In this document: positions 1 to 8,762 of the stretch, in pieces
How the letters are laid out: every line of letters starts with the position of its first letter
Position numbering within the stretch: the stretch's first letter is position 1
IMG/VR virus record: IMGVR_UViG_3300050014_000073
Location: 1 to 64,000 of that record
Strand: one strand, 5' to 3'
Length of the DNA stretch: 64,000 nt
DNA from: a virus
Translations under genes and position numbers: made by a program
The notes under the pieces: generated by a model
Database searches by the model: none
What the model was told of the DNA's origin: nothing
What the model saw: the letters and a program-made list of their open reading frames with translations, nothing else

Positions 1-119
1 TCCCGTTCCGAGACGGGGACAAAGTCTGACAGGCGGACCAGATGAACCGGGTTGAAGCTTTCGCAGTCACAGGACGCAGCAGGCTCCCCGCAAAACTCAC
101 ATACAGGCTCTTGTTGCAT
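1..119 (-). CDS. small Cys-rich hypothetical protein (partial, runs off window)
   Basis: AAGGAGAG RBS then ATG at 119; MQQEPVCEFCGEPAASCDC... Confidence 0.6.
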   Translation of the reverse strand, partial: MQQEPVCEFCGEPAASCDCESFNPVHLVRLSDFVPVSER

Positions 120-132
120 TTGCTCTCCTTGT

Positions 133-189
133 TTTCCCTCTGTGTTTGGTACGGGCTTGGGACCGTTCTCTTTCGAGAGCCACATTACC
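133..189 (-). ncRNA. twister ribozyme (with P3 hairpin; P1 weak or absent)
   Basis: Minus strand reads UAA-UGU-GGC-[UCUC GAAA GAGA]-ACGG UCCC AAGC CCGU-ACCAAAC-ACA-GA-GGG; matches twister core with P2 UGU/ACA, P4 ACGG/CCGU, pseudoknot CCC/GGG. Confidence 0.88.
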
Positions 190-224
190 TTCAGCCCTGG
201 GGAGAGCTGAAGTGTTGAAAGAAG

Positions 225-581
225 TTAGGGATGGGACTGTTTCCAGCGAATGTTCCAGTCACTGATGATTTGATCCATTTCAACCGTTCCGAGAACCTTG
301 AATGGCACAATAGGTGCAACTATCGCGCAGCAGAAGTGGATCTTCAGCTCCATGCTAAATTTGTTGTTGATCTCAGTCACCAAATCCCGATAATGCTGAG
401 TTGACCAACCTGAAATCATCATAAACCCTTTCGCGAGGGGCTTGCTCAATGCTTGAGCGATAGGTTCCGTCATGTCAATAAACGGACCTGGATGAACCGG
501 CTGCACGAAAAGTGAGACCTGCTTGCCTTGTGACATGACGCTAATCATATTGCAAGACTTGAGTAAGTCAGTAGGGGTCAT
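225..581 (-). CDS. hypothetical protein (118 aa; true start 581, not 698)
   Basis: AAGGAGAG RBS before ATG 581; the upstream part of the track ORF is hairpin and ribozyme. Confidence 0.75.
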   Translation of the reverse strand: MTPTDLLKSCNMISVMSQGKQVSLFVQPVHPGPFIDMTEPIAQALSKPLAKGFMMISGWSTQHYRDLVTEINNKFSMELKIHFCCAIVAPIVPFKVLGTVEMDQIISDWNIRWKQSHP

Positions 582-595
582 TTTGCTCTCCTTTA

Positions 596-653
596 TTTCG
601 TCCTCCGCTTTCTTCCCGCTGGACTTGGAACCAGCCGTTGGCGCGTTACGAGA
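596..653 (-). ncRNA. twister ribozyme
   Basis: UCG-UAA-CGC-GC-CAACGG-CUGG UUCC AAGU CCAG-CGGGAAGAAA-GCG-GA-GGA-CGA; P1 UCG/CGA, P2 CGC/GCG, pseudoknot UCC/GGA. Confidence 0.82.
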
Positions 654-779
654 CCGTGCAGGTGGGGGCTTAACCGTCAGCCCCCACCTATCTCCCACCC
701 GACCGCTCCGGGACCGTCCTAGCGACCCGGAGAGGTCAAGTTTTCGGTGTTTTAGGCGTCCCGGGAGTCTTCCCGGGAG

Positions 780-1787
780 CTACGAGACCGTGATAGCACC
801 TCTTGCTTGAGCAGTACTGACCGCCCAGCCCACGTAGTCTCGCAGACCGATTGCTTGGAGCGCCTGCTTGTAGTCGGCGAGCGTCATCCCGTCGCGCAGG
901 ACGTTGATAGCTACCATCCGCTTGCCACCCACGCGAACCAGTCCAAGGTTGATGACGTGAATCGTAGCATGAGGCGAAACTTTTGGTGCACGAGGACCAG
1001 CTGCGGGACGCGGCGCTCCGGGAGTTGCAGCCTTCCGGCTTGCTCGTCCTGCCTTGGGAACCTTACCAACGGGCTTCATCAGACGGTCGGCTTTCGCAGC
1101 CCAGTCATATACGTTGCTGAGGACCGTAGGCAGCGTCGCGATGTACTTGACTCCGTCGAGCGAGGCAGTACCCTCTTCATCAGTCACGATGCTGAGAACC
1201 TGCGTGACCGTGGGAACTTCCCCAAGTACCGTTTTCAGCGGAGGGCGTCCGATCATCTGGTCGAGTTCAGCAGATGGGATCAGAACCTCTCCGTTGAGGA
1301 ACTCACGATCAGCGTTGAACGTGATCCGGAACTTTGTACCTGAGACAGCGAAGGCACCATTCAGGTTACCAAGTACCGTCATCACGTCCTGTACATGCTG
1401 TCCTTTCTGAGGAGCAGCAGCGTCCACTAGCGGCAAGCTGTTCTTCATAGCCCAGAGCTTCTCGAACAGCCGGATGGCCGTCGTCAGTGCCTGAGCCTTT
1501 TCACCTTCGGACGTATTGTTCTCGCCAAGAGCCTTCGCCTTGAGCGCCCTGTCATACGTCTTGATCTGGTCACTGTCCAACGGAGCGCCTGCAATCATCA
1601 TCGTGATGTTGTTGGCGTACCATTCGATTGCTAGCTGTAAGCCCAGCGTGACGCTGAGTGCCTTCCATTCGTAGGCTGTTTGCAAACCTGTGAGGTCCAG
1701 TCGGAGGGGCTGAACTGCGATGGGCGGCGGTACGGTGTTGGTGTTCACACCATACCCGTACCCACGCCTTCTACCGAATCTTGGCAT
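780..1787 (-). CDS. hypothetical protein with basic Pro/Ala linker and small C-terminal domain
   Basis: 335-aa ORF, AAGGAGAG RBS. Confidence 0.8.
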   Translation of the reverse strand: MPRFGRRRGYGYGVNTNTVPPPIAVQPLRLDLTGLQTAYEWKALSVTLGLQLAIEWYANNITMMIAGAPLDSDQIKTYDRALKAKALGENNTSEGEKAQALTTAIRLFEKLWAMKNSLPLVDAAAPQKGQHVQDVMTVLGNLNGAFAVSGTKFRITFNADREFLNGEVLIPSAELDQMIGRPPLKTVLGEVPTVTQVLSIVTDEEGTASLDGVKYIATLPTVLSNVYDWAAKADRLMKPVGKVPKAGRASRKAATPGAPRPAAGPRAPKVSPHATIHVINLGLVRVGGKRMVAINVLRDGMTLADYKQALQAIGLRDYVGWAVSTAQARGAITVS

Positions 1788-1820
1788 GTTGCTCTCCTTC
1801 TCTACTTACTTATTAGAACT

Positions 1821-1876
1821 TGATCCTTCCGCTTTCTTCCCGTCAGGCTGAGGACTGACCGTTGGCGCGTTAATCA
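1821..1876 (-). ncRNA. twister ribozyme
   Basis: UGAU-UAA-CGC-GC-CAACGG-UCAG UCCU CAGC CUGA-CGGGAAGAAA-GCG-GA-AGG-AUCA; P1, P4 and pseudoknot (CCU/AGG) covary against the 596-653 copy. Confidence 0.85.
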
Positions 1877-1930
1877 TTAGGAGTAGGGGGGAGGCTGAAG
1901 AACCTCCCCTTCGATTGTACGTGATGTGAA

Positions 1931-2911
1931 CTACGAGTTGGTGGGTGGCGGTAGGAGTTTGCGGTGAACGGCTTCGACGAACTTGGCTTCGAACTCTCTC
2001 TCAGAATTAACTACGCAGTATTCCCCGCCAAGTGCGACGCAAGCGGCGCGGAGTTCAGCATTGGCGCAGCCCTCTTCGCCAATGTGGATGTAGTCAAGAA
2101 CGATGCCGGAGGCTTTCAGATTTGGGACCCACGAGCTGATTGCCATGCTGGCGCTCCCATCTTCGCCGTCTGTCACCAAGATGAAGTGATGCAGCCCGAC
2201 GACGCTGGGGTGTTTGCGGCAGCAGTCAACGCCTTTCTTGATAGCCTTGAGAATGTCCGTCCCGCCGCCAAGCCCTTCGGCTAGGTTGCCCACGATCGGC
2301 CAGAGCTGTTCGGGCTTGCCGTCGTCAAATCGAACTTCGGCGGTTGACGCGAACGGGATGACGGCCACACGGGAGTTGGGGAACTTTGCGAACCGGGCTT
2401 GCAGTTCACTCTTGGCTAGCTTACGGACTAGCTCCAAACGCGTGGGAGGCTGCTGGTGCTTTTTGCTGAAGTCGACTGCGACTCCGAGGTACGCGATGAG
2501 ATCAGTCCGTAGGATGCGGGCTTTGAGGTCCTCGTCATCTTTGGGGTTGAACGCCGGACCAGCATTCACGGCTCCGACCGGAGCGTCGTCCACCAGTTTG
2601 AGCAAGTCGGACTCGTTGCAGCCCATCCCTCCGGACATGATGAACTCGTTGATTGCAGCAGCAACGCGGGTGCGGACGTCAGCGAGTAGTGCAGCTGGCC
2701 AAAGGTACTGGTCGGTGTAGGTTTGGCCCGTCTTGTCTGCCGCAACGCGCATACCCATCGAACCGCTGACGTCGAACAGGAAGACAATCTTGGCATGCTC
2801 GGTGTAAGTGTCTGAAACGGACTTGAGAACGGAAGTCTTTTGCACTTCGGTTTGGCGCAAGGTCAAGGCGCTACCCATGCTGCCGGAAAGATTCATGTTG
2901 TCGAGTTTCAC
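1931..2911 (-). CDS. von Willebrand factor A (vWA) domain protein
   Basis: MIDAS DVSGSM, GGTD, ILVTDG motifs. Confidence 0.9.
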   Translation of the reverse strand: MKLDNMNLSGSMGSALTLRQTEVQKTSVLKSVSDTYTEHAKIVFLFDVSGSMGMRVAADKTGQTYTDQYLWPAALLADVRTRVAAAINEFIMSGGMGCNESDLLKLVDDAPVGAVNAGPAFNPKDDEDLKARILRTDLIAYLGVAVDFSKKHQQPPTRLELVRKLAKSELQARFAKFPNSRVAVIPFASTAEVRFDDGKPEQLWPIVGNLAEGLGGGTDILKAIKKGVDCCRKHPSVVGLHHFILVTDGEDGSASMAISSWVPNLKASGIVLDYIHIGEEGCANAELRAACVALGGEYCVVNSEREFEAKFVEAVHRKLLPPPTNS

Positions 2912-3219
2912 TTTTGCTCTCCTTTTGATAGCCCTCGCAGGTTATTTAGCGCTTCGATACCTATGCCGATCACGTCCATGTGCGTGGACGTTTCCGGGTC
3001 GGCAACGGCTTCGATCAGCTTACGAGTGTTGCGAATTACTTCCTGCAAGCGATTGAGTTCAGAACTCATGTCCGCTGCGTCCGGTTTCCCGCTTCCGCCT
3101 TTGTACCAGTCACTCACAGTGCAGTCACGCATTGCGCCACGCGCCACTTGCAACCGCTTTTCGCGATCCAGGTAAATCTTTTCGCCTGGTTTCAGATCTA
3201 GCGTTCTAAACTTTGTCAT
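2908..3219 (-). CDS. hypothetical protein
   Basis: AAGGAGAG RBS before ATG 3219; stop overlaps vWA start. Confidence 0.7.
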   Translation of the reverse strand: MTKFRTLDLKPGEKIYLDREKRLQVARGAMRDCTVSDWYKGGSGKPDAADMSSELNRLQEVIRNTRKLIEAVADPETSTHMDVIGIGIEALNNLRGLSKGEQK

Positions 3220-3914
3220 TGGATTTGCTCTCCTTGTTTTGTCCCGTTGGCATACTGCTTCCAAGCGCACCTCGTGGCGGTGGGATCTTGCGCTCTGGGA
3301 ACGAGGATGTTTTCTCGCTCCCCTTGAAATTCAAAATTTTCCGTTTTCGTGATGAGTATTTGCCGGTTCCTTAAGAGCCGCACGGCGCTCGTCCTTGCAC
3401 TCGCCGTCTCCAACTCGCTTGTGGTATACGGCTAACGGCCCGGTTTGCGGTGCGGTCGCTATATATAGGTTGCGTTTGGCGCCTTTCCGGTTTTGGGGTA
3501 CTAGCTTCGGCCTCTCCTGCGCCTAACCCTCGTTGCTCCCAATGGCGTTTGCTAGTGGCTGTCCTAGCCGTCTGGGTACGGGGTGCGGCACGGTATGGGC
3601 GCTGCGTTCCGCCTCACGGTGTGGCTATTTAGTTGTCTAAAGAACTGGGCTCGGTACGGCCAGGGTGGCGTAATACCTAGCGCTCCCGGAGTTGCACCGT
3701 GGCGCTACTGGTACCGGGCGTCCCGCCCGTCCCGCCGCTACTGTCCGTACCGTTTTCATAACCTAATACCTTTATAAACCCTAGCGGGAGGTTTCGGGTG
3801 GTTTTGCGGAACTATTTTTTGAGTTCTAAGCCCTTTGTTTGCAACGGGGACCTGAACTTTGCGAATAAAAGCACATTGCGAAAGTTCGGATTTGACCAGT
3901 TTACGGCGTTACGA

Positions 3915-4433
3915 CTACGCTCCTTGAAAACGACGACGGACAAACTCCGCGAGAAGCAACGCCTCTGCACGGCCATCATCTTTCTTTCGAGTGAGCATCG
4001 GAGCAGCTTGGGGAAAGAGCATCTGTGCCCGAACGATAGAGGCAGACTTGTCGAATCCAGAACCTTTTCCTAACATCTCCTTCTTCCAAGCCTGCGGTGT
4101 CACTCGCTCTAAAGGCAGTCCGAGAGCTGCAATAATCCCTCTCCAGATCCCAACTCCTTCTCCCATAACGAACATTGAGTGAGTACCCTGGCCTGGCATA
4201 GCTCCTACAAGTTCCAGTCCTACCATTCCTACCGTTCCTTCATTCGCAATATCGATAAGGACTTGCGCCATTGTTCGAGGAAGGTAGACGTGCTGATGCT
4301 TCTTGCCTTTCTTGACTTCAGTGATTGGGGTGTCAACGATCTTGACAAGCTTCTTTTCAGAAGTCAGGACAGCAACAGCTCCGAAAAACCCGGGATCAAT
4401 CCCAACAAAAAGTTCAGATGGTTTCATGTACAT
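3915..4433 (-). CDS. RuvC-like Holliday junction resolvase
   Basis: VGIDPG, E motif, VTPQAWKK, DDGRAEALLLA. Confidence 0.88.
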   Translation of the reverse strand: MYMKPSELFVGIDPGFFGAVAVLTSEKKLVKIVDTPITEVKKGKKHQHVYLPRTMAQVLIDIANEGTVGMVGLELVGAMPGQGTHSMFVMGEGVGIWRGIIAALGLPLERVTPQAWKKEMLGKGSGFDKSASIVRAQMLFPQAAPMLTRKKDDGRAEALLLAEFVRRRFQGA

Positions 4434-4617
4434 CTTCTCCTATAACAAGTTCAGTTTCGTAGGCTTTCAGCTTACGAAGCGGGATGTTGAACCGAGGATT
4501 GACCGGGAACTCCAACTTGCTCTTTCGGGTCGTCCCGCAAAGCGTACAGGTCTGCACTCCATTCTGTGGCCAGCCGTATTCGTGAGTCCACGGAGTTTCA
4601 CAAGCAAAGATCTTCAT
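4414..4617 (-). CDS. small Zn-finger-like hypothetical protein
   Basis: C..H..CxxC pattern; coupled to neighbours. Confidence 0.5.
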   Translation of the reverse strand: MKIFACETPWTHEYGWPQNGVQTCTLCGTTRKSKLEFPVNPRFNIPLRKLKAYETELVIGEDVHETI

Positions 4618-4822
4618 GTTCTACGTTTCCGTTGCAGTCCCTGAAGTCGCTATCGCTTATACACTTCCACAACCAACGCTTCCACGTTCGCACTGCTGTG
4701 CCTAACCACCTATAGCTACGAAAATCGGAAAGTCCTTCCGGGTAGGCAGGCCACATTTCACCGAACTCGTTTATGTTGTTTGTCACCCAGCTCCCAAGCA
4801 CTGTATAACAAAAGCTTCGCAC
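4598..4822 (-). CDS. hypothetical protein
   Basis: Fills the operon gap; start uncertain. Confidence 0.4.
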   Translation of the reverse strand: MRSFCYTVLGSWVTNNINEFGEMWPAYPEGLSDFRSYRWLGTAVRTWKRWLWKCISDSDFRDCNGNVEHEDLCL

Positions 4823-4831
4823 GGACCACAG

Positions 4832-5611
4832 TTAATGATTATCTTGAACATTGCCTTTGACTCCCTTCATTGCATTGCGGAGCGCACGGATAGTCAACAC
4901 CTTACAGTGAATACTGTTCTCCGGCATCCATTTCTCAACTAGCGCCAACGCTTCCTCTATGTCAAGCACCTGCTCCGCAATCGCGGCCTGCAAGTCGTTA
5001 CGTTCAAGTGCTGTCTGCGCTAACGTGGAAGAGAGTTGCGTCCGCTCTACGTTGGCAATCGCGTACAACTCTTTCTGGGTTGCAAGCGTGGCCTGGACAG
5101 TCATCAATTTCTCCCGCATGTCGTCATAGCCTTCCAGCCGCGCCACCCGTCGGCCGTGGTCGTTGTCTTGGACAAGGGCCGCGAACTCATCCGGCGTAAT
5201 AAGCTCAGTCCCGAATAGTTCATGCCGCTGGTAGCGGACAAGATCGGTGAGGCGCTGGTTCACGGTCCCAAGTTTCTCCATCCCTGCCCTCAGAGGTTGC
5301 AACTTGGTCACATCCCAATTTAGAAGCGAACCCGCCAGGTCGGCATTCGCCTTCCTCAGCTGCTTGATCTCTGCCTCAGCAGTTTCGGCGCGCTTCTTCC
5401 ACTCCAGTGATTTGCCCAGGCTGATCCCAGGTGTGACGTTGATCGCCCGGAGTTCTCGGATGACACACAGACGCTCATTAGACTCTTGTGTGAGCCTATC
5501 GATCTCCGCCGCAGCCCGGCACAGAGGACACTTCTCATGCTCGCTGTCCAAATGCCCGATCTGTTGATGCCCATCACGGCACATGTGTGGATAACTTTCG
5601 GTGTTAGCCAT
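4832..5611 (-). CDS. coiled-coil hypothetical protein with N-terminal Cys/His motif
   Basis: GGAGG RBS; heptad-like composition. Confidence 0.7.
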   Translation of the reverse strand: MANTESYPHMCRDGHQQIGHLDSEHEKCPLCRAAAEIDRLTQESNERLCVIRELRAINVTPGISLGKSLEWKKRAETAEAEIKQLRKANADLAGSLLNWDVTKLQPLRAGMEKLGTVNQRLTDLVRYQRHELFGTELITPDEFAALVQDNDHGRRVARLEGYDDMREKLMTVQATLATQKELYAIANVERTQLSSTLAQTALERNDLQAAIAEQVLDIEEALALVEKWMPENSIHCKVLTIRALRNAMKGVKGNVQDNH

Positions 5612-5648
5612 TTCGCACCTCCAACACTGATATTATCTTAGACTTTGA

Positions 5649-8462
5649 TTATACGGGAAGTTCTCTTAGAGTTGAAATCCCGTCCTTCTTTGTAACTTCC
5701 CAATGGCGATCTGGTTCCAGTTCCGACAAGACGTAAGGTGAATGCGAAATCACGATGACGTGCTTGAACCGTTCAATTACGGAACTCAGTCCCTGTGCAA
5801 AAGCTCTTGCGTTCGAGGCATCTAGTCCCTCCGTAGGCTCGTCCATCACTAGGAGGTTATGAGGAACAAGTGCATCCCGGAAAGCAAGAGCCGTTATCAG
5901 GCCCGCGAGACGCATCTCTCCAGCGCTCTGGTCCTTTATGGATTTCCCCCCATGAAGATTGCAAACTCGGACGTCAATGTCTCCTCCCGAAATCTCGAAT
6001 TGGATTCCAATCTCTCCTTCCGAGAAGATCTCGCTGTATTTAGAAGCTGCAGAGTTGAGTGCCGGTGCTACGACGGAGCACAAGTAAGCCGGGAGCCCAT
6101 CACGTCCTACAACTTTGACACAAGTCTCAAGAAACTGAACTTCTTCTAACCAGGCAAGATTTGCTCTTTCATGAACAGACCGCTTTTGCTTCAGTTCTGC
6201 TCCACGTGACATCTTGGAAGAGAGAATTGTTTCCAGACGCCGACGAGCATCAGCTTGCTCTTTTAGAACGGTCAAACTGCTGTTCAAGGCAGTCAAAGTT
6301 CGTCGCATCTTATCGCTCTGGAAATTATTCGCTTGGATCTTTTCAATGAGAGTTCGACGAGTAGTTCGGTTCTCGTTTTGCAATCCTTCATAGCGTTCAA
6401 GAGTGACTTCTTCACAGGCAATCTTCGACTTGATCTCCTCTTGGTATTTCTCGAGAGTTTCAACGGATACTTTCCCTCCGCAGACATAGCAGCGTCCAGA
6501 GACTTTTGCACTCGCGTCGTACTGTTCCTTAAGAGTTTCGATCTTCGTTTCCGATTCCGTTGCTTTCGAGAGATAGCTTTCAAACTCCTGCTGGTTCTTT
6601 TCCATTGTTGGCTCCAGCGTCTTATTCATTAGGGCGTTCCGACGAATTGAAGCCTCTTCCTCAGCAACGGCTTTCTCTGTCTCGGAAACTTTCTTCGAAT
6701 CAACTTCGGGAGTTGTTGTAAGAGTCTCCTGTATCTCGGTCAGTCCTCTGACAGTCTCTTCAAGAGCGGAATCAAGCGAACGGATTTCACCTTCGGTATC
6801 TTCGACATTATTACGGCAGCGTGAAAGGACTTTCCGGATCTTCTCCTGAGCTTCCAGGAATCGGTCAAGTCCAAGAAGACGGCTGAACAGTTCCTTCCTG
6901 TCTTTCTCGGTTCCGAACACTGAACCAATCTCGCGCTGCCCAATATAGACAGCATTCGTCAGAACAGACCAGGTCAAGTTTGTCAGGCGTTCAATGCGCA
7001 TCTGAGTGGCCTCAGCTGTTCCCATTGAAATCTCACTTCCGTCAAGATAAATCCGCAGCCGTCCAGGACGCCGTCCTCGTTCGATTCGGAGACTTCGTCC
7101 GTCCGGTATCTCCAAACTTTGTGTGACAAGTGCTGGAAGAGTGGACTCCTGACGCGCCCAGCCGTCAAATGTCTGGCCTTTGAAAGTTCGTCCGAAAAGA
7201 GCAAGAAAGGGCAATGCAGTAACGCTTGATTTCCCACTTCCGTTACTTACACTCTCGTCCGGGTTCCAGTCCAGGTTCTTTCCGGTGATGAGAGTGAGTC
7301 CTTTTTGGTCCAGGTTCAGCTTGATGTCTTTGAAACAGAGAACTTCCTTCGCAGTGACCTCTCCGAACTTCAATCCCTGAACGCCGAATACTCCAATTGA
7401 CTTGAGGTACGTCTGCAAATATGCAATAACTTGATCGACTGTCACTCCTGCTGGAAGCACCAGCTTCTCAAGGTAGTCACGAAGAAGTCCCTCGTCGTTC
7501 TTGGTTGTGTCAATACTGGTGGGAACAGCTTGTGGAGCAACAAACTCGGGAACGAGGTGAAGGTTTGCTCCTGGATAATGCTTTTCGCAGATCTTTCTAG
7601 CTGAGGCGAGTTCCTTTGGAACGTCGTTCTCAATGGGCACTGAAATGCGAACTCTTGTTCCCGTCCAGTCTATCGGGGAAAAGAAGTCTTTCTTAGAAGG
7701 GTCGTACCAGCCGGGAACTCGACTGGGAACGAGAGTGACGCAGTGCTTGAGGGTCTTCTCATCGATGTCAAGGCAGAAGATGCTCTTCAGTTCATTCACT
7801 TCGCTCCAAGTTTGGCAAAACGGGGAACCTGCGAAATAGATTGGAGTTCCTTTTCCTCCCTTGGGAACTAATAGTTGTGGGAGGTGAATGTGACCTCCAA
7901 CGCAGATATTATAAGTTTCAGCAGAGAGGTAAGGACGAATGAGACCTTTCCCTTTCGTATAGGTGCTTTGCTGACACCCTTCGACCTCGTTGTGGAAAAC
8001 AAGGATGCCAAAATCGCTAGAAGGGTATTTCGTAGCTTCCTGAGCGGCTGCTGCAAACTCCTTCCGTTGAGATTCCGGATCACGCAGGTATGGAACTAAG
8101 AACAGCCGGACGTGAGGTCCTAGCTTCGCAACTTTCCAACCGTGATCCGCGACAACGTCTGCTCCAAGAGCTTCGATAAGAGTAGCGCAGGACGGTGAAC
8201 CATCATGAATAGTCACGCTGTCATGATTTCCGCGAAGGAAATAAACTCCTTGACACTGTTCCCGAATCCTTCGAACGGATTCAACCAGGAAATTTGTAAC
8301 TCTCTGATCAATCAAAGTTGCTGGACCGTTGGCGCTCCCGACAATGTCTCCCAGATGAACAACGAAATCTGGTTTCAGGGAAAGGATCTGATCGACGATG
8401 ATTTGGCAGCGATCTAAGTTCTCGAGGAAGCAATGCCAATCTCCACTCATGATGACACGCAT
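5649..8462 (-). CDS. fused SbcD (Mre11-like metallophosphoesterase)-SbcC (Rad50-like ATPase)
   Basis: GDWH, LGD, GNHD, GHIH nuclease motifs; NGSGKS Walker A, coiled coil with CYVC hook, SAGE signature, LLVMDEP Walker B, VISH. Confidence 0.9.
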   Translation of the reverse strand: MRVIMSGDWHCFLENLDRCQIIVDQILSLKPDFVVHLGDIVGSANGPATLIDQRVTNFLVESVRRIREQCQGVYFLRGNHDSVTIHDGSPSCATLIEALGADVVADHGWKVAKLGPHVRLFLVPYLRDPESQRKEFAAAAQEATKYPSSDFGILVFHNEVEGCQQSTYTKGKGLIRPYLSAETYNICVGGHIHLPQLLVPKGGKGTPIYFAGSPFCQTWSEVNELKSIFCLDIDEKTLKHCVTLVPSRVPGWYDPSKKDFFSPIDWTGTRVRISVPIENDVPKELASARKICEKHYPGANLHLVPEFVAPQAVPTSIDTTKNDEGLLRDYLEKLVLPAGVTVDQVIAYLQTYLKSIGVFGVQGLKFGEVTAKEVLCFKDIKLNLDQKGLTLITGKNLDWNPDESVSNGSGKSSVTALPFLALFGRTFKGQTFDGWARQESTLPALVTQSLEIPDGRSLRIERGRRPGRLRIYLDGSEISMGTAEATQMRIERLTNLTWSVLTNAVYIGQREIGSVFGTEKDRKELFSRLLGLDRFLEAQEKIRKVLSRCRNNVEDTEGEIRSLDSALEETVRGLTEIQETLTTTPEVDSKKVSETEKAVAEEEASIRRNALMNKTLEPTMEKNQQEFESYLSKATESETKIETLKEQYDASAKVSGRCYVCGGKVSVETLEKYQEEIKSKIACEEVTLERYEGLQNENRTTRRTLIEKIQANNFQSDKMRRTLTALNSSLTVLKEQADARRRLETILSSKMSRGAELKQKRSVHERANLAWLEEVQFLETCVKVVGRDGLPAYLCSVVAPALNSAASKYSEIFSEGEIGIQFEISGGDIDVRVCNLHGGKSIKDQSAGEMRLAGLITALAFRDALVPHNLLVMDEPTEGLDASNARAFAQGLSSVIERFKHVIVISHSPYVLSELEPDRHWEVTKKDGISTLRELPV

Positions 8463-8473
8463 GTATTTTCCTT

Positions 8474-8572
8474 TTTAGCGACCCTAGGACCGTCGCTGCA
8501 TCCTAACCTATGGAAAAGTACCTAACAACCCGTCCGGACGTGTCCTAGCGACCCGTAGCGATCAGGTTTAGG
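8474..8572 (-). repeat. dispersed two-box element, copy 1
   Basis: CTACGGGTCGCTAGG-47 nt-GCGACGGTCCTAGGGTCGCTAAA; 32 bp identical to 41687-41718. Confidence 0.8.
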
Positions 8573-8587
8573 TCCCTAATGGACAGT

Positions 8588-8687
8588 GTTTCAATCCACG
8601 CCGCTCGCGCGGGCAGCGACGACATTTTAGTTACGCTCCTAATGCCACCACCTGATTTCAATCCACGCCGCTCGCGTGGGCGGCGAC
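8588..8687 (-). CRISPR. type I-C-like CRISPR mini-array (2 repeats, 1 spacer)
   Basis: 33-nt repeats 8655-8687 and 8588-8620 (GTCGCYGCCCRCGCGAGCGGCGTGGATTGAAAY) around a 34-nt spacer 8621-8654; no cas genes in window. Confidence 0.92.
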
Positions 8688-8762
8688 TTCTCGCCTCTCA
8701 AACTGTAATTGCTCCGCCGAGGAATACAGATAACAGAACCAGACTTCCGTATTCTAGAAGCT

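Noticed and set aside
582-698. N-terminal extension of track ORF 225..698
   Set aside because: Overlaps a hairpin and ribozyme; the strong RBS points to 581
3345-3400. Hammerhead-like GTGATGAG
   Set aside because: Lacks the CUGANGA core and a paired GAAA arrangement
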